DNA of 64,000 nucleotides from Chrysomallon squamiferum (GCA_012295275.1 CM022669.1:9734001-9798000); one strand, 5' to 3'; positions 1 through 14,496 are shown, numbered from the stretch's first letter. Notes: generated from the sequence alone by a model not told the origin. Program-made: numbers and translations.

Positions 1-286
1 ACCAAGTGACTGAATGAAAGAATAAATTAAATAATGGCTGAATGATTGAATGAATGAATGAATAGAAACATAACATAACATAACATAACATAACATAACA
101 TAACATAACATAATATAATATAATCAATTATATCAAAATACTATTTTCTTCTTCAGTGACTCCTCTATAAATCAATTTCATTAATTTAAAAAATTGATGC
201 TTCAAATTCACTTATTATATCTAAATGTAATGAAGGTTATGATAATATATATATATATATTTTTCTTTTCTTTCTGAATTACTTAC

Positions 287-1799
287 AAGAAATGGAGACA
301 GTCTTCCAATGGCTCCAGGTACGTTACAAGCATTGATCAACAGACCTGTACTTTCTGTGGCACTGTAAAACTCACAGATGTGGGGGATTTTGAATCGATG
401 CTGGAACTCAAGCCAGATATCTTTTCTCAGTCCATTTCCAATAGCTGCCCTCACACAGTGAACTCCATCCAGCTTACTCTGTGAAAAACCAAGCAAATAT
501 ATAGATATATATATATAATGACATATCAACATTTCTTAATATTAACATATAATCAAAATGTTTTCGTTTTTTTTAAATAATTAAATAACAAAATAAATTG
601 TAAAAAAAAAAAAAAAAAAAAATGAAATGAAATGAAATAAAATAAAAAAAAAAAAAAAAAAAAAAATAAAAAAAAAAAAATAAAATAAAATAAAATAAAA
701 TAAAATTAAATAAAAAATAAAATGAAATAATTAATAAAAATAAATAAAAAATAAAATAAATAAACAAATAACTGTTCATGGTAGTTGGAACCTCACTCTA
801 TCCTACTCTGAGTCAGTCACATACACACACACACACTTACAAATTCACCAAATAACATCCACAACAAATATGCATGCACACACAAACATACCTTTGGCTG
901 AATCAGAAGATATCGACAGAGCTCTCCAATGTACTGAATAACTGTAATCCTGTACTTTCGACAGTCATCCCAAAACCGAGAAGCTGAGAACTTTCTTCTT
1001 AAAAGAACTGTACCTCCTGAACACAAAAATAAATATAAATTTTATTTTTCCACCAACTTAACATATTTATTTAATTTTTATATGTTTGTGGCTCACATCT
1101 GCAGACACTTAGACATGCATATGCACACAGACACACATACACATATAAACACACATACAGACAGACACACATACACACACAAAAATGTAATGTATGTTTA
1201 AATGAACTACATACCAGACCAAATAGTTCCAAACATTCCCAGTACAGCTGAAGTGTGGTACAATGGCAGATTCACATACACTGTATCACTGGAGTTCACA
1301 TTCACCAGTTTAATACACAGAGAGAGACCAGTAAATTTGAACTGGGTGATTATGGCTGGTTTTGGAAGACCTTGAAAAATAATTAAAATTAAAACATTTT
1401 CAAAATCTACAAAAATATGTCTATCATTTATTTGAATATGTTGGAATAGTAAAAACAGATATTGCCTCCCTAGCCTGATAGGTAAACATTACTTGTTGTG
1501 TGTGATGTGTAGAAACATAAACAGAAAACAGAATTGTACACTTCTGCCTGGAATAGGAAAAAAACAACAATACTTGTACAGCTTAATGTATAGATAGATA
1601 ATAACAAACAGAACTGCAGTTGCGTACTTGCTGTGCATAATATGTAGATATACATAACAGAATTACAGTTGGGATGGAAAAGCAATGTATTTGCAGTCAC
1701 TTGTATACAGATAGACATGAAAACAAAATTATACTTATAGCTAACTGTATGGAAAGGAAAAAGAAACTGTTACCAACACTGTTTGATATATACATACAA

Positions 1800-1843
<44 letters not shown>

Positions 1844-2640
1844 TAAACAAAGGCTGGTAGCTAACTGGCTGAAATAGAAAAAGTATCTGCAGATACACAA
1901 AACAAAAATTACACTTGTAGCTAAGTGGTTGGATTGGAAAAATTAGCTGTACCTGTAGTTCCTGATGTGTAGATGTAACACACAGGACTCATTGTTTCTA
2001 CCTGTGATCTGACACTTTTGTCCACTTGTACAGGCAATGATCTGATCATGAGATCATCAAATGATAGGTAAGGGGCAGGTAACTCAGTCTGACTAGCTCC
2101 CTGTACGTAGACAGGCATTCCATTTAAGTCCGATCTTATGTCCTCCACAGCTTGCAAGAGTTCTTTCCCTTCAAATGGAAATAATAATAATAAGAAGAAT
2201 AATAATCTAGATAATAGTAATTATTAATAACAAATATGCATTTTTTGGTTGTGGTTATATTTCATTCTACACATTTTGAAATTTCTGAAAATGTATGTGT
2301 GACTGCGTGCATGCATGTTTGTGTCTGTTGTAAGAATGTGTTCAGAAATTCTGTAAAATTCTTAATAATTGTTTCCCTTCTCTAGTTTATGGGAACTTTT
2401 TTGTTTTCATTTGTTTTGATGTTAACAAATGTTCTAATTCAGTAAAGGCATTCTGTCAACTTTAAAGGTTACTGTTTTATTTGTTTTTTGAAACCAAACA
2501 TTGCTAATTATAAAGTATGATAATAATGCTCATGAAGACACTTTCTCTTTCTATAATTTCAATTTCTTTGTATTTGTAATTCAAGAAAATAGTGGTCATC
2601 ATCCATACATTGTCAGATCCTTATATTTTTGGTAGTAAAC

Positions 2641-2701
<61 letters not shown>

Positions 2702-2724
2702 ATGTATGTATGTATGTATGTATG

Positions 2725-2801
<77 letters not shown>

Positions 2802-3989
2802 TATATATATATATAAAATGAGGGTTTTAAAATTAAACTGACTGGGCCTTCTATGTTGGCTACTTTTTTCTCTATAAAAATAACAACAGCAGACAAAAGA
2901 TAAGGTAATCAACTAGAAGTAGATAAAAATAATTTTCAGCATATGTTTGTACTGTTACTTTAACTTTTTTTTTTTTAATGACCAAACATACCTGTGCCAA
3001 CAATTAATGCTTTGGCTTCACAAACTTTCAGGCAGTGAGACAGCTGCTGTAATCTCAGATTATGATTAATGAAAGATGCTACTACTCCAATTTTTTGTAG
3101 ACCTGTAAATAAAATAAATAAACAAAATAGAAAGATAAATCAATAAATAAATAAATAAATAGAAAAATAAATAAATAAATAAATAAATAGAAAGATAAAT
3201 AAATAAATAAAAATAAATAAATAAATAAATAAATTGAAATGAAATGAAATAAAATAAAATAAATAAAATATAATAAATTAATTAATTAAAACAAAAAAAG
3301 AATAAAAAGAATGAAAGGATGGAAAGAAGACAGGCAGCAAATAAAGAGAGCTGATTTCCAAAATGGATAAACAGACAGACAGACAGACATAATTAAAAAT
3401 ATACCATCTTGTAAGGTTTGGATTTTGAAATGATTTCACGACCTTGGACAGACAGACAGACAGGCAGGCAGCAGGCTGGCATTTGGATGTGGTTGAGACA
3501 GATGAAAACAGACAAAAACAGACAGAAATATATGATACAGAAACAGAACAACAGAGATGGGCAAAACACAGCTGCCTGGAAAGGCTGATGGTAGTTTTTA
3601 CTAATTATGTAGATAACATTACCTAAAACTGTCCACACAAAGGCAGGTTCATTGTATATTAAAATAGCAACGGTGTCACCAAAATGTACATTGCTCCAAG
3701 ACCTCACCAAATTGGCAACCCGATTTGCTTGCTCATTTACGAACTCGTATGTAAAAATTTGGTCTTCAAAAATTATCATGGGCCTTTTTGCATACTCTTT
3801 CATCACATGCTCTTCAAAGTGTTCTATAAATGATTTCCCAGTTTCCAGAATATCTTTAAATTCTTTTGCCAGTGGAAGGACGGCTTTTACTGTTTTCATG
3901 TCCTCTCCAATCCATGGGAACAAAGTTCTCCAGGCAACCAATGAAAGACCAGTTGTCCCAGCAACACCATAAATGAGTCTTTTGTTCAT
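287..3989 (-). CDS. SLC27/FATP family very-long-chain acyl-CoA synthetase (fatty acid transport protein); 5' part only, gene continues past the left edge
   Basis: Six GT-AG coding exons join in frame: 3989-3623, 3102-2992, 2168-1953, 1370-1215, 1016-892, 478-287. The translation has the AMP-binding motif YIYTSGTT|GLPK, plus [37 protein letters not shown] and EFYSATE, all typical of FATP. There is an acceptor AG just 5' of the ATG (4011-4013), so a 5' UTR exon probably lies further upstream. Confidence 0.95.
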
Positions 3990-4081
3990 TTTTATTGGTC
4001 AGAAATGCATCTACAACTATATATAAAAAAATATATAAAAAATTAGAAATAAAATAAGTAATAATAAAAGTAACTATTCAT

Positions 4082-4136
<55 letters not shown>

Positions 4137-4343
4137 TGTATGATTTGTATGCATATAATATAGATGGTAAAATAATACTTGAGTGTTAATAAACTGACAG
4201 GTACTGCAAGAAATTTTAATAATAATCCATTACTAAGTGTCAATATGATTATTGTTGTTGTTGTCACACAAACATATCTGTACACATGTACACATATATT
4301 TTTAAGATAAAATAATATAATAATTTTAGTGATTGTGTGTGTG

Positions 4344-4377
<34 letters not shown>

Positions 4378-4779
4378 TGGAAAATTACCAGTGATCCTAT
4401 AATTATTGTTTATATTTAATGGATATTGTGTTTTTGCAAATGTTAACATTAGGCCTACTGGGGAAAAAAAAACTATAATTCAGTGAATGAGGTACTCAGA
4501 ATTGTAAATTTCAATAACTGGATGGCGAAAACAGTCTCACTGCAACTATCTCCATTTAGAAGAGATGCTGAGTTTGTAGTTCATCAAAGTAAACTTTGAG
4601 CAGTATCACACAGTCAATATTAATATTCAACCTGATGAACATGGTCCATTTTTATATCTAGCTGCATACTTCGGTATATAAAAACATATATTAATTCGAT
4701 TATGTTTGAAATGCAAGGACTCTTTAAACAAAAACGTGTAATAATTAAATTATTAATGAATAAACATGATAAATAATAT

Positions 4780-4910
4780 TTAATACAAACCAGTAAATGT
4801 AGTTTATAACTTCAAACTTGGTCACACCTGTTACGCAACTAGGCGGTTAAACTCCACTCGCTATTTAGATGTCTGACCTGACCTAGCGGATCTCGATCGA
4901 TAAATCTAAA
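4780..4910 (-). promoter_or_regulatory. Candidate promoter / first non-coding exon of the FATP gene
   Basis: CpG dinucleotides reappear locally after a CpG-poor gene body. There is a possible donor GTTTGT at 4790-4785, TGGTCACAC at ~4819 and ATCGATA (DRE-like) at ~4896. Motif matches only. Confidence 0.3.
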
Positions 4911-7900
4911 ATGCAAGATGAATGGATGAAAACAAGTTTTTATTTATTTGCTCCTATCTTTATCTTTTTATTACTAAATATAACCGATCCTTGATACGTG
5001 CATTATTATTTACACAGCACTCTGCTGTCACAGATGATAATTATGAAGGACAAAAATCTTGAGCAAATGGCACATCTGGATGTACGTGGCAATAATTAAA
5101 AGTTATTTAGAGCTGTCTCCCACCCGTTGAATGATCTAGCGAAAAGGACATTGACAGGTTATAAAATACTGACCAATGAACAAAGCACAACAAATCTGGA
5201 CCCCTAACAAAACATTATTTTTTATTAATTTCTGTCAACAAAATCTATTTTTAAGGTCATGGCTATTGCACCAACAGTCGGATAAATAAAATAATGGAAA
5301 ACATAAAATATAAAAATATAACGACAGTAAAATAACTTAAAATTTACTTAATTAATAAAAAGTATACTAATGCACTTGAAAACTTTAGAATAATTACTTC
5401 AGCAGCATTAAATTATTTAATTATTTAATTAAATAAAACAGAAACCTCTAGTCAGTATAATATCTTTAATATTAAATATGGACGATGAACGGAGAGTTGA
5501 CAAGCCATCGTTTTCATATTAGTTATTACGTATTTTATTTATTAATTAACGATAAATGACTTAGCAAGGATTATTAAGGCACTAATAGGTAATTCAGATT
5601 CGTATGAGTACTGCAGATTTTTAGAAATTAAGCGATCGCTAGAAAATGTGTGATCTTTACAAGAAGCTGTTACTAATGTTACCGACTTTCGGAACAATAT
5701 TCACTTCTTTAAGCTTGAAGAGGAGTGATTATCTCCCTTACACCAGGAAAACTTTGGTATTTTATTATTATTATTATTATCATTATTTTAAATTTATTAA
5801 TTATTTTATTTATTAATAAAGTAATACACTGTGTTATAATAGTAAAATTAATATATTAATAAAAATAATATGTTAAATATTTGTTTAATATTTATTTGTT
5901 TTATTTATTTATTTTTGTTTATTTTGTTTGCTTCTCATATTAAAACTAGGCTGAATTATGAATTTAACTATGTAGTATATAGACAGTCTTCTCGACAAAT
6001 GTTAAATAACAATATTTTTATTAACCCTGAATTAATATTTAATCAACAACAAATCAATATAAAATTAGTTTGATATTAATGGTCATTAGTTTATCAGTTA
6101 TACAAGTTTATATAATAATAAGAAATGCTACTGAGGCAATCAAAACATTCCAGATATGCCAACACATTTATCATGATTCATAATTTTTAAATCATGTCAG
6201 AACCAGAAAGCATGCTACAAGCACCACAACCTAGATAAATATATTCTACTTTCAGTGCTTGTATAAACTGATAGGACATCTTTCCACAATTAATGGGATA
6301 TTCAGTGGCATATTCAAAACATTTTTTTTTTTTTTTTTTTTTTTTTGAAATCTGCTTTTTGTATTGTGTCATATATTGCTGAGAACAATGCAGGTAAGGA
6401 TAAAAACATGATAGTTCTTTTTTAATTATCAGCACTGGATTTCAGCAACATGTTTTCTCACTAACAGGCAAGTAGAGACCAGTCTTTAATTAAACTGAAC
6501 ATTAGCTGGACAGTGAAAAAAACTGTTTGTTGAGGAGACCTAGATTATTAGAAAAACATCTGTAACCAGTACTCTACTCAAATGACTGATTTTACAACAC
6601 ATCACAATGGGATAGATTTTCACAGAAAAAATAAAATACCAAAACATATCAATTTACATTTTTATTTACAAATAATTAAGAAAAAGGCATTCTTCATAAT
6701 AATACATATACACATTTTTTTTTTTTTTTTTATAAGGTTATACAGGAAGAAATTTTAATGAATTTCCTCTTTATTATTCTAGTAAATAATTTAAAATGTA
6801 CAAGTGAAATAATACTGCATGCAAATTTATAAAATCAAAGAAATCAATTTTAATGCCAAGATTCACAATTTCTTAAAATAACTGAGTATAATTTACAAAT
6901 ACCATAAAATGGTAAAAATGAAAATGAGAAAAAAGAATAAAACTTTGTATTTATATTAAAATGTTTCTCACAGTCCAGTTACATATTGATTGTACAGCAA
7001 TATACTGATATGTCATTAATAAAATATTCTTAAAACATACATTTTTCTACTACTACATTTACAGTCACTACCACTACAACTACTGTTAAATTATCATACA
7101 GATAGACCTCTACTAATGATCAGTATCATAAAACAGAGAAGTTGGTGGGCAAAAAGAAATCTTTTTCTGTAACATTTACAATGTTTATAATATCATTTAC
7201 TTTTTTCTGTAACACCATATGTTTGTGTGTGTGTGTGTGTGTGTGTGCTTACATATATGTCTGTATGTGTGTGTACATAATGATACTAAGTACTCCATAC
7301 TACGTTAAGTGACCTGCATTAAAATAATAATAATAATAATAAAATTAAAATAAAAAATAATAAAAAATAAATAAATTAAAATAATTCACACAACCATCTT
7401 CATCCACTAGAAGAAAAAAATTTTAACAATAAAAATGTATAAAATCAAAATTATTTGTTATTCATGATTCCAGCACAAGCATTTTAAATTTTGACAAGTA
7501 AATATATAAAATATTTAACATTTCTGATTAAAAGCTTACAGGATAATATATTGAAAATCAATAATAATCTGGAATGTAAGAAATTTAAAAAACATTTTAC
7601 AACTCTTAAAAATAAAACACTGAACATACCAACAGAGTAATAAAATTTTGATTTCTTTGTTACTTTTGTAGATAAAATTTGGGAATATATTTCAAGAGAT
7701 ACTTTTTAATATCATTATCATCATTGTATTTGTACTCTTCTTATTATTATTATTCATAATTATCAGGGTATTTGTATTTTATTATTATTTTTTTAATATC
7801 ATTATCATTGTATTTTTCTTCTTATTTTTATTTTTATTTTTTGTGTAGCTAATTGTATTATAACCAGGTATAAAAATATGCCTACAATTTGTTAAATAAC

Positions 7901-7942
7901 TGTACTTAAAAATAGTAGTTATTTATGTGATTTATATATGAT

Positions 7943-10714
7943 TTAAACAAACTGAACAGACATATTCATAAAGCTGATATCAGCAGAACCGGTGGTGTCC
8001 ACCGAATCCTGGACAGTTCTGTTAGTGTTGTTGTTGTTGTTGTTGTGTATCATCATGTGTGATTCCAGCGTGTTACTCCACTGGTATCTCTTTCCACAGA
8101 TGTGACACTCAAATGGCAGCTGGCCATTATGTTTCCTCATGTGCACATCATAGTTCACTTTCAAAGCAAACTGTCGACTGCAAAGAGAACAGTTAAAAAT
8201 TGTTTCTGCTGAATGTTTCTGTCTCAGGTGATTCTCCAGGAGGCCCATGGTTGGAAAGAGAGAGTCACATTGGTTACACCTGTGTGTGTTGTCACTAAAA
8301 TGCTGTCTGATGTGATTGTTAAGTTGATTTTCATCATGGAATTGGTAACTGCAGAGACCACAGTTGAACAAACCTTTCTGTTCAGACAAATGAGTCTTCA
8401 AATGTTCTTCCAAAGGATTTGTCGCTGAGAACTGTTTCCCACACACTTTGCACCGGAATTTGTTGTCCGTTCCATGCTTTTCAAGATGGCGTCTGAAACT
8501 GCTGTTCTCTTCATATTCCTTGCCGCAGATGTCACATCTGTAAGGGTTAGAGTTGGAATGTTTGAACTTTATATGTCTGGTCAGTTTCCAGTCTGTGTTG
8601 AAAAACTTCTCACAGAGGTAACAGGAGTATGATTTGGACTTGTTGTGTGTGAACATGTGTCTAGTGAAGTTACTCTTCTGACCGTATCTTTTCCCACAGA
8701 TTTCACAGCTCCACGGTTTCTCGCCAGTGTGAAGTCGAATGTGCTGAATGAGACCGGAGCTCTGTTTGAAAGCTCGACCACACATCTCACATTTGAAAGG
8801 TCTCTCATTCGTGTGAGTCCTCATGTGCAGTCTGAGATTCGTGGTGAACTTGAATGTTTTGTTACAAATGTAGCAGACAAAAGGCTTCTCATGGGAATGA
8901 GTTTTTTCATGTTCTTTAACCCCTTTAGCAGTGGCCAGCACTTTTTCACAGATAGAACACTTGAACACTTCACTGCCTCGCTGTGAACGCTTGATCTTCT
9001 CCATGTCTGAAATTGACTTTGGATCGTACATCCTGTAGCAGTGCTCACACTTGAAGGGTTTTTGAAGGCTGTAGTATTTCAGCTCTTTCTCACAGTTCAC
9101 ACACTGCAAAATGCGAGGCTTACGATGAGTTCGTTTGTGAATTAACATCTCAGTTTTACGCTGGAACGTCTTGTGACATTTTTGACATTCCCACTTGAGA
9201 GGATTGTCCTCCGACTGAGTGCCTCTGTTGCATTTTGTTTTGATTCTCTTCGACTCAGAAATGCTGTGTCTCACTTTCTTCCTTTTTTTCTTGTCAAGTT
9301 TTTTCTTCACACAAATGCTGCAGGCATCAATGTACTCCAGAGTGTTGTCTTCTTTAACTTTAGCAATCACACACGTGATTTCACGTCCTTTCTTTGAGCA
9401 CAGACCACACACTGACAAAGCTTTGTTCTTTGGAAATTTAACATTTGGTTTCATCTTGCTTTGTGAACTGGCAACAAGTGGTGCTTTAACAGCTGGCTTA
9501 TTAGAAGCGAAGAGTGCTGAGTTGTTTGTGTTCAGGTTGCTTTGTGTGATGTTAAATGAGGAAGACGTGTTGCATGCTTGTTGAAAGTGAACAGATATGG
9601 AAGAATTCTGATCTGACACACAGCTTCCTGGAGTGTGTGAATTACAATTTGATATTCCTAGAGGTTGAAAGTTTGAGTTAATTACATTATTAGCAGCTGT
9701 CAGTTTGATTCCCGATTGTGACCCCTGTATCTGAGAACTGCTGGTATTGATGTACTGCACACGCTGCACATTTACAACTGTCCCTCCTGTACAACCACTG
9801 GATCCTGATGTTAAAGGTAGCGACATGTTTGAACTAGTTTTAACTTGCTCCTGATCTTCCATCAGCTTCCTTGCTTGTTCAGCCTTGATCTTATCTGACT
9901 CAGTTTTACAACACTTGTCACATGTTGTTACATACAACACATTACTGCCTTCCATCTTTACCAAAATCTTTCTGTTTAACGTTGTTAATGAGACATTGCA
10001 AATCTGACAAACTATTTTCTTTCCTTTTTTCATGTTTTTGGCAGGGTTTGGTTTGGCAGGTTTCATATTTTTTTTAGTGTTAGTGTCAGTGGCCAGCAGT
10101 TTCTCCACAATCATCTGACTTATTTTAACAGGGTCTTCTAAATCTGCTGCAGTTGAGCTTTTACCAGTGGGGACTGAAGTCTTATTGCCAACTTCGTTAG
10201 CAGTGTTTGGTGTGAAATAATTCTCAAACACATCACTGTACTGTCTCTGGAGAGGCTGTACTGATTTAATGTTGCTATTTTGAGGAAAATTTCTGCTGTA
10301 TCCAGGCATGTCCTGGTAAAATACTTGTCCAGAAATGGGCAGTGAGGTCATGGAGCAGCTTGGATTCTGATCATTCATGTTGGCGACCATTAAAGGGTAC
10401 GTCCTGTCAAATTCCTGGTTTATTATTCTGCTGGATAAAACTTGAGATGCATGGTCTGTAGGTTGTTGTTGTTCTTGCTGCTGCTGCTGCTGCTGTTGCT
10501 GTTGTTGCTGTGGATAATTTGTGACGACATCATGATTATTGGACACAGGGCCATTGGAAGTGCTGGTGTATACTGGACCAGTGGCTGTTATGTTAATAGG
10601 CAGAGCAGGTCCAATGTCTCCCTGCATTCGAACATAGCACTGAAGTTCTTTAGAATAAAAAAGTACAGATTCAGTTTCTCTGTTCTGCTGGCCTTCCATG
10701 ATGATCTTATCCAT
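7943..10714 (-). CDS. C2H2 (Kruppel-type) zinc-finger protein, ~923 aa, single coding exon
   Basis: Long uninterrupted ORF 7943-10753. The likely start is the ATG at 10714, immediately after a CATTACAG acceptor. It has 12 CxxC..HxxxH fingers with TGEKP/HEKP/NERP linkers in the C-terminal half, an N-terminal polyQ tract, and a basic NLS-like KKKLDKKKRKK. Confidence 0.93.
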   Translation of the reverse strand: MDKIIMEGQQNRETESVLFYSKELQCYVRMQGDIGPALPINITATGPVYTSTSNGPVSNNHDVVTNYPQQQQQQQQQQQQEQQQPTDHASQVLSSRIINQEFDRTYPLMVANMNDQNPSCSMTSLPISGQVFYQDMPGYSRNFPQNSNIKSVQPLQRQYSDVFENYFTPNTANEVGNKTSVPTGKSSTAADLEDPVKISQMIVEKLLATDTNTKKNMKPAKPNPAKNMKKGKKIVCQICNVSLTTLNRKILVKMEGSNVLYVTTCDKCCKTESDKIKAEQARKLMEDQEQVKTSSNMSLPLTSGSSGCTGGTVVNVQRVQYINTSSSQIQGSQSGIKLTAANNVINSNFQPLGISNCNSHTPGSCVSDQNSSISVHFQQACNTSSSFNITQSNLNTNNSALFASNKPAVKAPLVASSQSKMKPNVKFPKNKALSVCGLCSKKGREITCVIAKVKEDNTLEYIDACSICVKKKLDKKKRKKVRHSISESKRIKTKCNRGTQSEDNPLKWECQKCHKTFQRKTEMLIHKRTHRKPRILQCVNCEKELKYYSLQKPFKCEHCYRMYDPKSISDMEKIKRSQRGSEVFKCSICEKVLATAKGVKEHEKTHSHEKPFVCYICNKTFKFTTNLRLHMRTHTNERPFKCEMCGRAFKQSSGLIQHIRLHTGEKPWSCEICGKRYGQKSNFTRHMFTHNKSKSYSCYLCEKFFNTDWKLTRHIKFKHSNSNPYRCDICGKEYEENSSFRRHLEKHGTDNKFRCKVCGKQFSATNPLEEHLKTHLSEQKGLFNCGLCSYQFHDENQLNNHIRQHFSDNTHRCNQCDSLFPTMGLLENHLRQKHSAETIFNCSLCSRQFALKVNYDVHMRKHNGQLPFECHICGKRYQWSNTLESHMMIHNNNNNNTNRTVQDSVDTTGSADISFMNMSVQFV

Positions 10715-13211
10715 CTGTAATGCAATGAAAGTCTTTAGAATATTTAACACCAAGATGGTCTAATTCACAGAAAATAAATAAGATACCAGTGAGTAATGTT
10801 GAAGTTTTTAAAATATGTTAAAAAATTAAGAGACATACTTGTGAATTTGCTAAATATGATTTCTGTGGACTGGACTAAATATTCAGCCAATGATACATCT
10901 TATACACTATCTATCATAATGTGATCCAAACCCTTTTCTTATTACTTTTGAGACAAACCAGTCTCCACCTTCTATTAACTGGTTTAATAATATAATTTAT
11001 ATATCAACACATTTCAAGACATATAGATATATAGAATTATTTGGTGTTAAACAGAGGATTTTTGTACAATAGTGATACGAAAAAATGTAATCTTCTAATT
11101 ATTCTGTTCTATTTATGTTAATCTTATCAAATTGTATTTAAAAAAAAATAATACTTTGGTTATGCATTTTTGATAAACCATTATGGATACATGGCTGAAC
11201 ACAACATATTCTTCTTTTAAAATGAAAATTTTCACATTTAATTTGTGATAGTTAATAAATAAATAAATTATAATGATATATTCATTTAAATAATAAAGAC
11301 ACACCAAATAATATGTAGACCAGTTAGAGTCAAAAGCTCTATGGATATTGTAATATTTAATCTCAAATTTATAAAATGTTTAATGAAGTGAAAAAACAAT
11401 AAACAAAAATACTGGGACAAAACAAAAACTGTAGCTCAGAACTTCAGTATTCATTACTGACAGCTAGTTGACTAAATATGCATTCATTTTACTAACCTGT
11501 TAAACAATTAATTTAATCCTGATTCCTGTAATTTGTGTCCCAAAAGACTGGGACAAATTATACTGAGACATACTTGAAGATTAAAACCAAAGTACTGAAA
11601 AAGAAAAAAGTCATGGTACAGTTCTAACTACAGAACAATAAACCAGTTTATATATAATAATTAAATACAGTCAGGATGTTATCTAATTAATTATTAATTA
11701 ATCAACTTTATCATGTATCTGTTTCTCTATGCATTAACCTATAAACTTGTACAATCATTAAATATTATAAATATAATTATTATTATGCTTTAGCATTAAA
11801 TTATAAATATGATCTGTCATGGCAGCTTTTGAAGCAATGAAGTGGTTTAAGATTAAAAATAAAGAAAACTCTATCGGATTTTTATTTTATCTATTTTCTA
11901 TTTTATTCTTTATTTTATTCTTTATTTTATTTAAACAATCCCTATGACAACGGGATACTGTATTCTACAAATACACTTATTAATACGTAAAAATCGAACA
12001 ACAACAAAAAATATATATGATAATTAATAGTTCAATAAGTTAATACCATCATTCACAGCTGCTATTTTTCATTATAAATAATAAACTATTAGCATATACC
12101 CATGAGCTGCGTACAGTTATATTTATTAGGATGCATTATGATCTAAGTGATTATTAAATAAACAAAATTAGGTTGTGTCTTACTTCAAATAATTTTCATT
12201 ATATTTATAATCATAATCGATAATGTCAAAAATGAAAAAGTATTGTACTTTTTGTAGTTATTAAAAAAAGAAAAAAGAAAAAATATTAAAAAATGGTTTT
12301 AATATAACATGATCGATAACAAATAATATAAAATAAAATAAAATACAAAATCAAGTTAATTACCCAACACGTCTGAAACAAACACCTGATTACATTTAGC
12401 TTTGTAGACTTGGAAGAATACCGGAAGCTATAATACAAAATATACCAGTTTCCAATCTGTGAGAAACGAAAAACAGTCGATTAGGGTCTAACCTAAAAGT
12501 GGGTTTTTTTTTATTTTTTTTATTATTTTTTTTTTTTTTTTTTTTAAATTAGCGTTTTGACCCGGAATCAGTTCGATATTGGTTCTGAACTATAATATAA
12601 TATTATAATTTATTATTATTTTTTTTTTATCAATAATAATAATAATAATAACAGTAACAATAACAACAGCAGCAGCAACAAAAACAGCAACAAACAAACA
12701 AACAAATAACCAACTAAATAAATAAATAATGAAAATGAGAATGATTATGATGATGATGAAATATAAACAATAATATTTATTTATTTATTTATTTATTATT
12801 TTCCTAATGTCATACGAAAATTTTAATTTTTCGACACAAACAGTGAAACAGGTAAGACAAATATGCAAAATGTAATATAAAATCAAATTATTAAAAAGTT
12901 TGAATATCCTAGCTGGTATCTTACTATTGTTCTGTATTATACATTTGTTTTGTTTGTTTTTTGTGTTTTTTTTAGATACTTTAGTACTTTATATATTTTT
13001 AAGAATTTTTAAAATATATTTTGCTTGTTGGTATGAATATATTCATAAACAACTGTATCTTCTTTTCACAACTTTTATGTAGGTAATAAAATATCGATTG
13101 TTTTCTGCAAATAATATTGCTGTTTAGATAAAGCCGTCATAAAATGACAGACTGTAGAATGAATTGTGTTTAGTTATCATTCATTCATTCATTCATTCAT
13201 ACATACATATA

Positions 13212-13246
<35 letters not shown>

Positions 13247-13313
13247 GTAGATAGACAGATAGATAGTCTAATATACATTTACAAAATGATCTGTTGAAAC
13301 TGTTTTATTTATA

Positions 13314-13369
<56 letters not shown>

Positions 13370-13497
13370 GCTGTTGTTGCTGTTGCTGTTGTTGTTATAT
13401 AATAGTATTTGAACTGTCATTTGCAGCCATTAATATGCTGTTGCTCTCTCGAAACCTCGGCGTGTTACTTTTTGTCCGCCACGTGTTACTTTTTGCA

Positions 13498-13536
<39 letters not shown>

Positions 13537-13795
13537 TCAAACGCAAACCTACCCAAACACACTCCATAACACTTATCAAAGACATTTGTTATTAATAACG
13601 CTTACGGCGAAAAGCGCTTTGATCCTGAATATCTACAAAAATCTGTCAAGAAGCCAGCACATCTGCGTTTTGTATTTTCTCTACAAAATTTATTTCTTGT
13701 ATATTTTACACAGTTTTCATCAGCCGAAATAAATTATATTTAATAACAATAAAAAAATAATAATTAGAAAAATCCAGATTAATTTCATTTTTTAC

Positions 13796-13847
<52 letters not shown>

Positions 13848-14450
13848 GTCGTGGTTATTGTTACTGTTATTGCTACTGTTATTATAAATTTATTATCAGA
13901 AAGAAAGCAAGAAAAGTTAAGTGTAAATTTACTGGTGATATAGTATATTTCATAGCTCGTATTAATAAATAAACAAACAAACAAACAAACAAACAAACAA
14001 ACAAATTTCCAATCTTGATTATTACAACATTTTTATTTAGTGGAATTTTTTTTATTATTATTTTTTTTTTTTTTCTAACTTGAAAATTCACACTAGCTAA
14101 TTAAAAATGTATTTAATAAAAAGTAACATGAAATTTATTTAAAATATGTCGCAGAATATTTATATGTTTATAGGGAATCCTCTTGAACAGCACCAATTTT
14201 TTTTTACAAGAGATGACTACTAAGAATAGGACATGTAAATGATGATGATGGTAATTAAACAATTGTGGGAACTGGGTTTGTTTGTTTGTTCACGACGGAA
14301 GAATATTTTAACTATTTATTAACTTTTTAGAAATGTAATTCTAAATGATTGTTTTGTTTTATTTTATTATATTTTACCTTTATTTCATGAATTTACTTAC
14401 TTACTTAGTTTCTTAATTAATGTATTAATTATCTCATTAATTTATTTATT

Positions 14451-14496
<46 letters not shown>

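Noticed and set aside
2621-2912. Numerous short ORFs with poly-SL, ER, HT, I, Y or L runs, here and throughout the window
   Set aside because: They are translations of microsatellites, with no domain content or splice support.
8213-10720. Overlapping + strand and alternate-frame ORFs within the ZNF gene, and similar ones within the LicD genes
   Set aside because: Antisense shadows of real coding sequence, with no independent motifs.
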